DNA of 64,000 bases. Origin: Bacteroidia bacterium (GTDB lineage Bacteria > Bacteroidota > Bacteroidia > AKYH767-A > OLB10). Shown in pieces: positions 17,989-28,007 of the stretch. The translations under genes and the position numbers were made by a program. The notes beneath the pieces are model-generated. The model saw only the letters and a list, made by a program, of their open reading frames with translations. It did not search any database and was not told where the DNA came from. The stretch lies in assembly GCA_038320345.1 (NCBI GenBank), contig JBBQED010000004.1, positions 256,678 through 320,677 on the forward strand. The letters run 5' to 3'. Position 1 is the stretch's first letter. Each line of letters opens with the position of its first letter.

Positions 17989-18555
17989 ATGAAAAGAAAT
18001 ATTTTTATTCGCAGCTTATTAGGAGTTATATTCCTACCTACCTCTTTACTCTCGGCTTCTTTTAAAAATTCTTCACTAACAGATAAAGGATTTAAGATAA
18101 ATGCCGGAGAAGGACGCTATCATGGTCATATCCAACTTAAAGGCGTTAACTCCAACATTCTCGATGTAAAAATTTCTGGAAAAGATACGAATGGAGAATT
18201 AGCCATATTTGAGCAAACTAGCCTATCTCAAGGAAGAGGTACTCCTGAACATATTCATCTTAATCAAGATGAAATTTTTTTTGTGATAGACGGCGAATAC
18301 TTGTTTATGGTAGGAGGCGTTAAATACAAGTTACAAATCGGCGACAGCATTTTTCTTCCTCGAAATATTCCACATGCATGGACTCAACTCAGTGAGAAAG
18401 GTAAGATGACTGTAACGGTACAGCCAGCAGGTAAATTAGAAGAATTCTTTATGACCATGTCGGCGCTAGAAAAAGAACCTACAGCTCAAGAAGTAGCTAC
18501 CATCTTCGGCGAGCATGAAATGAAAGTAACTGGACCTCCATTAAAATTGGAATAA
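17989..18555 (+). CDS. Cupin domain protein (quercetin dioxygenase-like)
   Basis: 'PEHIHLNQDEIF', 'GDSIFLPRNIPHAW', 'LEEFF'. Confidence 0.8.
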   Translation: MKRNIFIRSLLGVIFLPTSLLSASFKNSSLTDKGFKINAGEGRYHGHIQLKGVNSNILDVKISGKDTNGELAIFEQTSLSQGRGTPEHIHLNQDEIFFVIDGEYLFMVGGVKYKLQIGDSIFLPRNIPHAWTQLSEKGKMTVTVQPAGKLEEFFMTMSALEKEPTAQEVATIFGEHEMKVTGPPLKLE

Positions 18556-18562
18556 CACTTAT

Positions 18563-18955
18563 TTATTCAACCGGTTGAATCAAATCCCAGAGGTTGCCAT
18601 AGAGATCTGCAAATACACATACTCTTCCCCACTTTTCAGTGACGGGCTCTCTTATAATTACAATTTTTTCATGCAGTAATTGCAGGTAATCTCTATCCAG
18701 ATTATCGGTATACAAAAATAAAAACACTCGTCCTCCAGTTTGATTTCCAACTCTAGTCTCTTGCAATTCATTGGAAGCTTTCGCCAAGAGAAGATTACAT
18801 CCGGACGATCCCGGTGGTGCTACCATCACCCATCTTTTATCAGGACTTAGTTGAGTGTCCTCCACCAAGAAAAATTTTAATTTTTGGGTGTAAAACGCAA
18901 TGGCTTCATCATAGTCACGAACGACTAATGCAATATGTGCAATGCTTTGTTTCAT
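18563..18955 (-). CDS. VOC/glyoxalase family protein
   Basis: 'IALVVRDYDEAIAFY', 'GNQTGGRVFLFL', 'FADLYGNLWDL'. Confidence 0.85.
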   Translation of the reverse strand: MKQSIAHIALVVRDYDEAIAFYTQKLKFFLVEDTQLSPDKRWVMVAPPGSSGCNLLLAKASNELQETRVGNQTGGRVFLFLYTDNLDRDYLQLLHEKIVIIREPVTEKWGRVCVFADLYGNLWDLIQPVE

Positions 18956-18972
18956 ACAATCAATAACCGTAT

Positions 18973-19479
18973 TTATTTACGCTTAGCAAAAACAAGTTCA
19001 TCAATATATTCACCATTCTTGAAAATGGATTGCTCAAATCTTCCTTCAAGCACAAAACCTGCTTTTTCTAATGCTCTTTGTGAACCCATATTTCCACCAA
19101 ATGGTCGTGCGAAGATTCGATTCAATTCCCAGGTTTTAAATCCATACTCCACCATTTGCTGTATTGCAAGCGTCATGATTCCTTTGCCCCAGAATGGCTC
19201 AGCAAGCCAGTAGCCAAGCTCTGCATTTCTGCAATAAATATCCGACTGTGGATGAATCCCAATCGCCCCTATCGCTTGTCCGGCTATATCAATAGCAAAA
19301 ATTCGTTGCGGAATTGTATTTATTGCAAAGTCTAGAAATCGCTTGCCCTGGTCTTTGGTATAGGGATTAATAAATTTATCCGACATATACTTTGCGATAT
19401 CTGGATTATCCGCAAAGCGAATTAAGTCCGGCAAATCGTCAAACGTCCAAGGACGAAGAATAAATTCTTTCATAGTCAT
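18973..19479 (-). CDS. GNAT N-acetyltransferase (RimJ/RimL type)
   Basis: 'AELGYWLAEPFWGKGIMT', 'N.GSQRALEKAGF'. Confidence 0.85.
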   Translation of the reverse strand: MTMKEFILRPWTFDDLPDLIRFADNPDIAKYMSDKFINPYTKDQGKRFLDFAINTIPQRIFAIDIAGQAIGAIGIHPQSDIYCRNAELGYWLAEPFWGKGIMTLAIQQMVEYGFKTWELNRIFARPFGGNMGSQRALEKAGFVLEGRFEQSIFKNGEYIDELVFAKRK

Positions 19480-19574
19480 AAAAAATTTGTGATCCCCCGA
19501 TGAATAGGAAGACCACAAATTTAAAAATCAGACACAGATATTACGTTATTTGAACGATTAATTTTCAATAACAA

Positions 19575-20273
19575 TTATCGAGGTTGAGAGTCATGAATTT
19601 TCGAACTGTTACTTTTCAAAGATTTTTTGGTGATGCTTTTAATTTTACTGATATAATTCAAATCCTCCGCATAAACTTCTCCGAGAAAATTCAAATAACG
19701 ATCGGTCATTTTAAAATTATATTCTTGCCATAGTTGGTAGTCTTTCACAGCATCCTGCCAAGAATCATAAACAGCATAATGATTTCGTTCTGCATACTTC
19801 AATACTTCCTTCTGATTATCGGTATAAATGATCGTATCCTGATCTGGCAAATAGATTCCAGAAGCTTTAGTTGGTCGGCGGAAAGAATAACGCATTCCCA
19901 TTAAGTTCTTTGTTTTCTTATACAGTGGAGAAGAAAACGAAGCTGATTCTAGTTTCATTTGCGCAAATACTTCATCAGGACAAATCACCTTTTCCAGAAT
20001 CAATTGCTTCTTTAACTCGTCCTCACTGAAGGCAACAGAAAGGTTAAGATGCACAGGAGGATTAATCGTTATCAAACTTCCTGCTTTGATTACTTCATCA
20101 TTCGGCCAAAGCATTTGAAATGCAAATAGTGAAACCGCCAATTGAGTACGTACTCTTCTGAAATCTCTTCGCATGCTTACTGGAGCCAGATAGTTGTTAC
20201 ATGTAGCATTCATACATACATGCGTACTACCGATCAGTAAACTGCTCTTTGAATTACAACAAGTTGTTTTCAT
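19575..20273 (-). CDS. Glucosaminidase (GH73/lysozyme-like) domain protein with Cys-rich N-terminus
   Basis: 'VFAQMKLES', 'NLMGM', 'YAVYDSWQDAVKDY', 'YAEDLNYISKIK'. Confidence 0.6.
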   Translation of the reverse strand: MKTTCCNSKSSLLIGSTHVCMNATCNNYLAPVSMRRDFRRVRTQLAVSLFAFQMLWPNDEVIKAGSLITINPPVHLNLSVAFSEDELKKQLILEKVICPDEVFAQMKLESASFSSPLYKKTKNLMGMRYSFRRPTKASGIYLPDQDTIIYTDNQKEVLKYAERNHYAVYDSWQDAVKDYQLWQEYNFKMTDRYLNFLGEVYAEDLNYISKIKSITKKSLKSNSSKIHDSQPR

Positions 20274-20645
20274 GTGAATTTAGATGCTACAGCACTATAC
20301 AACAACACTTTTCTAAAAATAGAACTACTGTTTAGTTCTTGATCTACGTGACAAAGGTGCGGCATCGATTGGCGATAAAGCCTTAATTTTGGCGAACATC
20401 AGATATTTTCCTGCCAAATTCAAGAGATTTTAAGGTAAAACCTAAGCTCAAGCAGGCTCATAAATCCTGAAATGCAAGAAAAAAGTAAGAATTCTGATAA
20501 CATTGTTTCCTTTTATTAGCTCGTCGATTTATCTTTCCATCAAAAGATTTAGTTCAGTTAAATCGGAATGCTCTTCTTGTAAATAAAGTTGGAAGACAGG
20601 TTTTTCAAATGCATCATAAAAGAAAAAATCTGGGAATATTGAATT

Positions 20646-21827
20646 ATGAAGGAAATAAGATTTAGTTTAATTATTGTACAATTACTGATCTCGTTTGCTG
20701 GATTCACACAAGTGGTTAGTACTTTCAGTTGGAGCTCAGGATCACCAGGAACGGCAGATTCAGGGCCTAATGCAACTTCCATTAGCAGCTCTGCTACTAT
20801 TTCTACGGGAGGAGCAACAGGGAATGGATTAAATCCAGGATTGCCAAAAACAGATATCAATCTTACCCTAGCTGGAAGTCCTACTTTTGATGCAGGAGGC
20901 ATTGATGTTCAGTTTAAATACCAGCGAGAAGAATCAGTAGCAGGCTTTTTCAAACGTGGCAGTAGTATAGATTTCGGGTTTACGGGTGGCAATTTATACT
21001 GTAACTTCAGAATTGATAACGGTGCCGGAAGTTATATTTCGGTAAACTCAGGTTCTGTATTTGCAGTTCCCGATGATGATATATACCGCACTTATCGATT
21101 TTACTATCTTCCTTCAACAGGAGTAGCTAAAATAATTGTTGATGGTGTCGAATACTATTCTTATGATGGAACTGATAACCGCAATCTGTACATTATCACT
21201 TCTGATAATATCGTAATCGGATCACTGATGGATGGAAGCGGCACTAATAAAACTTGTTTGGATGCTATGGTAACTGGAAAGGTAACCTCCGCTCCTTTGC
21301 CTGTTGAATTGATTTCATTTGATGGCTTCGTAGAAAAAAGAGGGATCAATCTGAAATGGATTACTGCGAGTGAAAAAGATAATGATTATTTCAACATCGA
21401 ACATTCGGAAGATGGAAGTAACTGGGAGACGCGTGCTAAAATAAATGGTGCTGGAAATAGTAATGTTCCATTAACGTATGAATACTTGGATGAACAACAA
21501 TCACATTCCAGAAGGTATTATCGATTGAAGCAATTTGATTACGATGGGAAATTTACGTACTCCAAAATAATTACTATTAATTCTTCCTCCGAATCTGAAA
21601 TTATCATTTATCCAAATCCAGTTAAAGAGCAATTGAATATTCGATGGCCGGGAAAAAGAAGATTCACCTGCACCATTTACAATAATCAAAGCAAGAAAAT
21701 CATCACTTTCGAATGTGATGAAAACTCAGCTAGTGCAGTTAATACATCCACCTTAACCCACGGGATATATCTTGTGCAAATTAGCGATGACAAAACTTCC
21801 AAAACATTTACCATCGCAAAAGAATAA
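20646..21827 (+). CDS. T9SS type-A sorting domain protein (beta-rich, possibly lectin/LamG-like N-domain)
   Basis: Signal peptide; 'PLPVELISF...W.TASE.DNDYF.IE.S' Ig linker; CTD 'IYPNP...GIYLV'. Confidence 0.8.
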   Translation: MKEIRFSLIIVQLLISFAGFTQVVSTFSWSSGSPGTADSGPNATSISSSATISTGGATGNGLNPGLPKTDINLTLAGSPTFDAGGIDVQFKYQREESVAGFFKRGSSIDFGFTGGNLYCNFRIDNGAGSYISVNSGSVFAVPDDDIYRTYRFYYLPSTGVAKIIVDGVEYYSYDGTDNRNLYIITSDNIVIGSLMDGSGTNKTCLDAMVTGKVTSAPLPVELISFDGFVEKRGINLKWITASEKDNDYFNIEHSEDGSNWETRAKINGAGNSNVPLTYEYLDEQQSHSRRYYRLKQFDYDGKFTYSKIITINSSSESEIIIYPNPVKEQLNIRWPGKRRFTCTIYNNQSKKIITFECDENSASAVNTSTLTHGIYLVQISDDKTSKTFTIAKE

Positions 21828-21961
21828 TACGCCCAGCAAGCATAGCGCTATCGTTTAAAGAATTTTCTTGTAAACGACCTTAAGAACTCTGAAATAAGCT
21901 CCTAAAAAAATTAGCTTGTTTCGAGGATTCTTATGACCTTTGCCGAATAAACGATGACGCT

Positions 21962-22534
21962 ATGAATTTTGCTATTAGCTTTAAAGAGGTGATCTCGGTT
22001 ACCATGATTCTATTTGCGGTGATCGATATTGTTGGTTCACTACCGGTAATTATTGAAACACGAAAGAGAGTTGGTTTTATACATGCAGAGAAAGCAACTA
22101 TTGCTTCTCTAATAATTATGGTGCTCTTTCTATTTTTGGGAGAAAGTATTCTTAAGCTAATCGGAATTGATGTTTCTTCTTTTGCCATTGCTGGTTCTCT
22201 AGTGATATTCTTTCTTGCCATTGAAATGATTCTCGGAATTCGTTTATACCGTGATGAAGTTCCGGCAACCGCTTCAATAGTACCCATCGCTTTTCCATTG
22301 ATAGCAGGAACTGGAACGATGACCACCTTACTTTCACTCAGAGCACAATACACCTCAGAAACTATTCTGATTGCTATTGCACTCAATATGGTGGTAGTAT
22401 ATTTTGTTTTACGGATGGTGGAACCGCTAGAAAAATTATTGGGAACCGCAGGAATTAGCATTATCCGTAAAGTTTTTGGAGTAGTACTCCTAGCAATCGC
22501 CGTAAAACTTTTCAGAAGTAATCTCGGGGTATAA
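21962..22534 (+). CDS. MarC family membrane protein
   Basis: 'LFAVIDIVGSLP', 'IVPIAFPLIAG.G', 'RKVFGVVLLAIAV'. Confidence 0.9.
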   Translation: MNFAISFKEVISVTMILFAVIDIVGSLPVIIETRKRVGFIHAEKATIASLIIMVLFLFLGESILKLIGIDVSSFAIAGSLVIFFLAIEMILGIRLYRDEVPATASIVPIAFPLIAGTGTMTTLLSLRAQYTSETILIAIALNMVVVYFVLRMVEPLEKLLGTAGISIIRKVFGVVLLAIAVKLFRSNLGV

Positions 22535-22540
22535 TACAGA

Positions 22541-22897
22541 TTAAAGTAAAGCCAGAATTTTAGGAACGAAAATGATGAATCCGATGATTGCCGCCATCAA
22601 GGATATAATTAAAACGGCTCCAGCTGCCAGATCTTTTACTTTTCCTGCCTGTTCATGATACTCTGGCGAAACAAGATTAGTTAGCTCCTCAATAGCTGTA
22701 TTGAGCGCTTCGGCACCTAAAACCATTCCTATACAAAGTATTAATACGATCCATTCTGCTGAACTTATCTTGAAAATATATCCCAGCAAAATTACTATTC
22801 CTCCTGCCACAAGATGGATGAATACATTACCACCCGATTGCAGATAGATCTTAATTCCTTTCAAAGCAAATGTGAAACTTTTTAAAAGGCGGCTCAT
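22541..22897 (-). CDS. dgkA: Diacylglycerol/undecaprenol kinase family (DgkA)
   Basis: 'SFTFALKGI', 'EALNTAIE', 'AGKVKDLAAGAVL'. Confidence 0.85.
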   Translation of the reverse strand: MSRLLKSFTFALKGIKIYLQSGGNVFIHLVAGGIVILLGYIFKISSAEWIVLILCIGMVLGAEALNTAIEELTNLVSPEYHEQAGKVKDLAAGAVLIISLMAAIIGFIIFVPKILALL

Positions 22898-23009
22898 CGT
22901 ATTATTTTTACTTGAATTAATAATGCTGCTCAAAGTTAACCGATTCTAGCACTCCGATTTTGGTTCCCCTCAATCTGTTATTGCCATCTTCTTAAATTGC
23001 CATCATGCA

Positions 23010-24695
23010 TCACTGCTCGCTAATCGCATTTATGACCAACTTGTTCCACAAATCACTTCCTATCCATGTTTCAATAAAGTCGCGTTCATGACTCATTCCT
23101 TTAGCCAATAAGAGTTTTCGAATCACCGATTTTTGCCGCGCTGTTGTTAATTCAAACTGAGTGATCGCCCCTAAAAATATACTAAGCTTTCGGAATCCAT
23201 TTCGAACTCCTTCATCAGCAATATCCTTCTTCGAAATTTTCAACAACATCATTAGCCGTTTTGAACACTGCTGTTCAGCTTTAGCATAATCTCCATTAAA
23301 CTTCTCTTTCACAAACGAAATCATTGTTAAAGAAATAGACGACGAATCCAGCAGAGAGTCTGTATTTTGATTGATCCGTAACACCATGATAGAATCTGCC
23401 AGTTGCTGTAAAGTTTTTGAAGAACTCCGATATCCTTTCTGCTTCGCCATCTTAAGTGTTTCGTCGGCGGCGATTTTTTTAAGTATGGGCTGTTCAGGAC
23501 GGAATCCCAGTTTATAATAAAACCAGAAAGCCCCACTTTTAATTCCATCGCTATTATTTTTTCCGATCTGATAAGGTTCCACGCTAAATGACAAAACACC
23601 AAATGATTGATGATACAAGCGGATTATCTGTAAAAAAGTGAGTGCAGACTCGCCTCCACGAAACCATGGAAAAATATTCACTCCGATGCGCGCATGATTT
23701 CCCGTAATCCACGCACCGCCATAAGTTATCGGTACACTATTTTTATAGGCAAGATAACCGATATAACTTTCAATACTTAATCTGGAGGCATGATCCAATG
23801 TAAATAATCCAGCATATAAACCACGACCAAGATCAAATAATTCCGTGGCTGGAATCCATGCTTTTGTAACTGGATCTGTTTCTCTAAGCAATGTAAAGAG
23901 TGTAGCCTTTGATCGTTCTACTAGCTCTTCTTTTGCAGTGATCGATAATTTAAACTCATTTAATTTTTTGTGACTTAGAATTTTTAATAGCTCTGGCTTC
24001 TTGAATAAGCCCTCCTCATGATAAAATATTTTTCCTTGACAAACAGACTCATCCAACATCATAAAAAAATCTTCTCCGATCCTGAAACGTATGTAAACTA
24101 TGAGTTCACTGAACAAGTATGTTTTAACTTCGGATGTTAGAACTGCATTTCGAAAAAGATTTATCAACCATGGCAAATGCTGCTGTTTATTTTTGCCTGC
24201 AAATTTGAGTAGTTGCTGTGACGTAGATAAAATCTTTCGATTATCTCTTTCATTACGGATTGCTTCTGGCAATAACATGCTAAAGATCTCATCACATTGC
24301 TCAGCAGAAGTATCAATCGACAATAAAGATATTTCCAAAGGAAATCTTTCCACCAGCCAGCATACCAAATCAAATCCAAAAGAAGCTTCTATCGTCGTAA
24401 AGGGTAATCCTGTATTTTTTAAATTCGTATTCTTTGCCGGTTCAGGTGATTCTCTCAGAAAAGCAGTTACTCTTTGCAATTCTTGTTGTGCCAGCAAATA
24501 AATTTCTTTCTCTTCAGGATACCCCATGAAAAATAATAAGAGGTCATAATAATTTCTAAGGCTCTTTTTTAGAGGCAATGGGCAGGAACTAATCTTGCGC
24601 AATACTTCCTTTTTCTCTTTTGAGCCCGCGTCGTCAAAAGCTTGCTGTACGATTTGTAATCTTTGAAAATATTCATTGAACTTAACAGCGCTCAT
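23010..24695 (-). CDS. Uncharacterised 561-aa protein with a probable C-terminal GNAT-like fold
   Basis: Long ORF; 'VNIFPWFRGGES' and 'AFWFYYKLGF' resemble GNAT motifs A and B. Confidence 0.6.
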   Translation of the reverse strand: MSAVKFNEYFQRLQIVQQAFDDAGSKEKKEVLRKISSCPLPLKKSLRNYYDLLLFFMGYPEEKEIYLLAQQELQRVTAFLRESPEPAKNTNLKNTGLPFTTIEASFGFDLVCWLVERFPLEISLLSIDTSAEQCDEIFSMLLPEAIRNERDNRKILSTSQQLLKFAGKNKQQHLPWLINLFRNAVLTSEVKTYLFSELIVYIRFRIGEDFFMMLDESVCQGKIFYHEEGLFKKPELLKILSHKKLNEFKLSITAKEELVERSKATLFTLLRETDPVTKAWIPATELFDLGRGLYAGLFTLDHASRLSIESYIGYLAYKNSVPITYGGAWITGNHARIGVNIFPWFRGGESALTFLQIIRLYHQSFGVLSFSVEPYQIGKNNSDGIKSGAFWFYYKLGFRPEQPILKKIAADETLKMAKQKGYRSSSKTLQQLADSIMVLRINQNTDSLLDSSSISLTMISFVKEKFNGDYAKAEQQCSKRLMMLLKISKKDIADEGVRNGFRKLSIFLGAITQFELTTARQKSVIRKLLLAKGMSHERDFIETWIGSDLWNKLVINAISEQ

Positions 24696-24829
24696 ACCCG
24701 AGAATTAGAAACCCGAATGTAATCGTTTCTTCGGATTACCGTTCACTTTCACATAAATTATACATGAGAAAAATCAGAAGTCTCGCTAAACCTAGCTCAA
24801 AAAATACCTTAGCTGCCATTCAAATTTAG

Positions 24830-25543
24830 CTAAGTAATCAGCACTTCTTCCTCACGCAATAATTCTTCCCCTTTCAGCCTTAATAATACTTGCATCACCG
24901 TAACCACATCCTTTTGGCAGTAGGTCACAATTCGATTGAGATCTTTTTCTATCCAGTAAACTGGTCCTACCAAACTCCCATCGATATCATCCTTAGGACT
25001 CGGAATCCCAAGAATATAAGCGAGTAAACTTAAAGGAGTAAAATTTTTATAGTCTCCGAATTTCCATAATTCCATCGTATCCAGATGCCGGATCTCCCAA
25101 GGCTTCTTACCTTGATTATCGAGCTGCACTGGAATCTTCATATGCTGAATGATCATTCTCCTAGAAATATAAGGAAAGTCAAATTCTTTTCCATTATGGC
25201 CGCATAATATTTTATCGGCAGGAAGTTTATTCAGCAGCGATGCAAATTCAGTGAGTAATTGCTGTTCGTCATCTCCATAAAAAGATTTCAGACGAAATTG
25301 GCGTTCACCATTTCTGTAATTCAGAAAGCCAGTTGAAATGCAGATAATTTTTCCAAACTCCGCATAGATTCCTGCTCTTTCATAAATTGCTGCAGGCGCG
25401 CCTTCTTCACCCTTTTGTAAGACGGCAGCCTTCCGAGCCCAGAGTTCCTGTAAAGCTTCTGGAGCATCATGATAAGAGGGATACTGAGGAACAGTCTCGA
25501 TGTCAAGACAAAGAATACTATCAAGTGGAATCGATTCAAGCAT
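24830..25543 (-). CDS. 3'-5' exonuclease, DnaQ/PolB-exonuclease-like (DEDDy)
   Basis: 'LDIETVP', 'GHNGKEFDFPY', 'YCQKDV'. Confidence 0.85.
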   Translation of the reverse strand: MLESIPLDSILCLDIETVPQYPSYHDAPEALQELWARKAAVLQKGEEGAPAAIYERAGIYAEFGKIICISTGFLNYRNGERQFRLKSFYGDDEQQLLTEFASLLNKLPADKILCGHNGKEFDFPYISRRMIIQHMKIPVQLDNQGKKPWEIRHLDTMELWKFGDYKNFTPLSLLAYILGIPSPKDDIDGSLVGPVYWIEKDLNRIVTYCQKDVVTVMQVLLRLKGEELLREEEVLIT

Positions 25544-25632
25544 ATCATTAATTTCTGCTGTAAAGGTAATCGCAGAAAAATAAGTGGCCACTTACAAACG
25601 GATACAATTGTTTGAAGTAAGAAAAGCGCTTT

Positions 25633-26046
25633 CTATCGGATCATTACTCCTTTGCGGTTTAACAAAGGAATACTAGTAAAGAAATCTTCGCGAATAGTTT
25701 CCGGCAAAAACACATATTTCTTATCGTAGATCACCTCATCAAGATAAAAACTGACCCAATACTCATTATTCAAACCAAAAACATCATGTTGAATGGGTTC
25801 AATCAGCATAAAGTCTAGCGCCTCAATAGTACCTAAGTAATGTCGCAATGTCGAAGTCTTCACTTGCTCGCCTTTAAATGATCCATATCCCTTACTGCTC
25901 ACAATCACGTTCTCGATAGGATCTCCTTTCAGATTCAAAATGTATACTTCCCAAAGTGAATCTCCTTCTTCTTCCATTGCACCCAGCTTAGGAATAACAG
26001 CTACGGCAACATCTTCTACTGCAATACGTGGAATATCTTTTAACAT
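25633..26046 (-). CDS. Conserved Bacteroidota hypothetical protein
   Basis: 'WEVYILN...SKGYG...KTSTLRH...LNNEYWVSF...DKKYVF'; co-oriented with neighbours. Confidence 0.7.
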   Translation of the reverse strand: MLKDIPRIAVEDVAVAVIPKLGAMEEEGDSLWEVYILNLKGDPIENVIVSSKGYGSFKGEQVKTSTLRHYLGTIEALDFMLIEPIQHDVFGLNNEYWVSFYLDEVIYDKKYVFLPETIREDFFTSIPLLNRKGVMIR

Positions 26047-26067
26047 AATTTAATCCTGCTTAATAAT

Positions 26068-27225
26068 TTAATTTTTACCTGCCGCATGTACCCAATCCAT
26101 TACACCCTTTACATATATGGGCATATCCGTCAATGAGCCATCATCCTGTTTCTCTCCTCGCTTATGTCCGAGGCGGACAAATACAATATTTTCATCCGGA
26201 ATAACTACAATATACTGTCCTAAAATTCCACGGCAATAAAAGATATTCTTACCCGAATAACTTCCAATCCACCAATGATAACCATACACTTCATTAGGTC
26301 CTGGTCCATCTGTTAATGGAGCTGGCGTTACACTTTCACGTACCCAATTTGTATCAACAAGTTGATTGCCTTTCCAGTTTCCATCATGCAAGTATAAGGA
26401 ACCAATTCTTGCAAAATCGCGGGCATTGGTATAGAAACAACAATAGGATTTCTCATGTCCATCGGCTTTATCGAGACTCCATTCGGCGCCGTGCACCGCT
26501 TGTAAAGGCTTCCATAATTTTTCTGAAGCATACGCACTGATGGATTTTCCTGTAGCTTTCTCGAGAACAAGTCCGAGTATTTCTGTACAAGCACTTTGAT
26601 AATTAAATTCTTTCCCTGGCATTTTAACAACTTCCAGATCCCTTACCAATTTATATAAATCAGTTCCATAATATGCTTCTGTAGTTTTACTCAGCGGATT
26701 TGCATAAGCTTCATCCCAACTCAGATCAGCCGACATCGTTATCAAATGCCGAAGTGTTAACTGTGCTCGCGTTCCGGTTTTGTACTCTGGAATGAAGTCT
26801 CCAACTTTCTGATCAAGGCTGTTAATCTTTCCTTCCTTAATCGCCATTCCGATCATCACTCCTACAATACTCTTCGCCATAGAAAATGAATTCGACAAAG
26901 ACGAATCACTATATCCTTCCCAGTATTTTTCAAATAAGAGAGAATCATTTTTGATCACTACAAAAGCAACTGATTTGTATTTTTCGAGTGCCGTATTTAG
27001 CGCTTCAGGAATTGCTGTTTTATTATAGGCCGCATCAAAAGGCCACTCCACTCCATTGCCAGCAGCAATTTCGCGCGAAGAAAATAAATCTTGATCATCG
27101 ATATCTACAAAATTATAAGCAATCGTTTTATAGAGATAAGTCTTGCCGGTGACCCAAATAAAAACATTGAAAACTAGAATGAGTCCTAAGATAATTACAC
27201 CGGTAACTTTGAGTCCTTTTTTCAT
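26068..27225 (-). CDS. Serine hydrolase, beta-lactamase/class C (NylB-like) family, N-terminally anchored
   Basis: SxxK 'SMAK', 'FNYQS', 'ARDFARIG', 'G..GQYI'. Confidence 0.85.
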   Translation of the reverse strand: MKKGLKVTGVIILGLILVFNVFIWVTGKTYLYKTIAYNFVDIDDQDLFSSREIAAGNGVEWPFDAAYNKTAIPEALNTALEKYKSVAFVVIKNDSLLFEKYWEGYSDSSLSNSFSMAKSIVGVMIGMAIKEGKINSLDQKVGDFIPEYKTGTRAQLTLRHLITMSADLSWDEAYANPLSKTTEAYYGTDLYKLVRDLEVVKMPGKEFNYQSACTEILGLVLEKATGKSISAYASEKLWKPLQAVHGAEWSLDKADGHEKSYCCFYTNARDFARIGSLYLHDGNWKGNQLVDTNWVRESVTPAPLTDGPGPNEVYGYHWWIGSYSGKNIFYCRGILGQYIVVIPDENIVFVRLGHKRGEKQDDGSLTDMPIYVKGVMDWVHAAGKN

Positions 27226-27234
27226 ATGGGGAAA

Positions 27235-27981
27235 TTAGTTTTTTATACGATCCGGCCAAGGTAATAGTTCATGATCTGGAGAAGCAATTCCAAACTGAAA
27301 TAACTCCTGCAGATGCAAGAGTACTTTAATCTTCACTTCCTCAAGGTCTAAAGAATGTCCAAGTTCTTTTTCCAGTGAAGTCACTCCTTTATCTTCAATT
27401 CCACAGGGCACAATATATCCAAAGTAATCGAGATCTGTATTTACATTAAATGCAAAGCCATGCATTGTTACCCAACGACTACATCGTACTCCGAATGCAC
27501 AAATTTTTCTGGCGTTCTCCGCATCATCCTTATCTACCCATACACCAGTAAGACCTGGGATTCGTCCTGTTTCCAATCCGTAATCTTTACACGTTAAAAT
27601 AATTGCTTCCTCCAGCAAGCGTAGGTATTTATGGATATCGTTAAAGAAAAAATCGAGATCGAAAATCGGATAACCTACTAATTGCCCGGGACCATGATAG
27701 GTAATATCTCCGCCACGGTTAATTTTATAATAGGTAGCTTGAATTCTTTGCAATACATTTTCATCCGCCAGCAAATGTTCCGGCAAACCGCTTTTTCCTA
27801 AAGTAAACACATGAGGATGCTCGCAGAAAATTAAAAAATGCCGAGATGGATGCTGTTCATTTTCAGGTAAGCTTCTATTCGCTAACTTCTGACGTAATGT
27901 TTCAGCAAGCAATGCTTCTTGTAAATCCCAGCATTGCTTGTAATCTATTAACTCAAGATCATGAAACGAAACATTCTGCAT
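27235..27981 (-). CDS. lipB: Lipoyl(octanoyl) transferase
   Basis: 'EHPHVFTLG', 'RGGDITYHGPGQLVGYP', 'HGFAFN', 'PCG'. Confidence 0.95.
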   Translation of the reverse strand: MQNVSFHDLELIDYKQCWDLQEALLAETLRQKLANRSLPENEQHPSRHFLIFCEHPHVFTLGKSGLPEHLLADENVLQRIQATYYKINRGGDITYHGPGQLVGYPIFDLDFFFNDIHKYLRLLEEAIILTCKDYGLETGRIPGLTGVWVDKDDAENARKICAFGVRCSRWVTMHGFAFNVNTDLDYFGYIVPCGIEDKGVTSLEKELGHSLDLEEVKIKVLLHLQELFQFGIASPDHELLPWPDRIKN

Positions 27982-28007
27982 CAGCAATTCTATTTTACTT
28001 GGTATTT

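Noticed and set aside
21931-22461. 176-aa minus-strand ORF
   Set aside because: Antisense shadow of marC.
26068-27225. Antibiotic-resistance beta-lactamase
   Set aside because: SxxK/YxS pattern and context fit a generic NylB/esterase-like serine hydrolase; resistance cannot be inferred.
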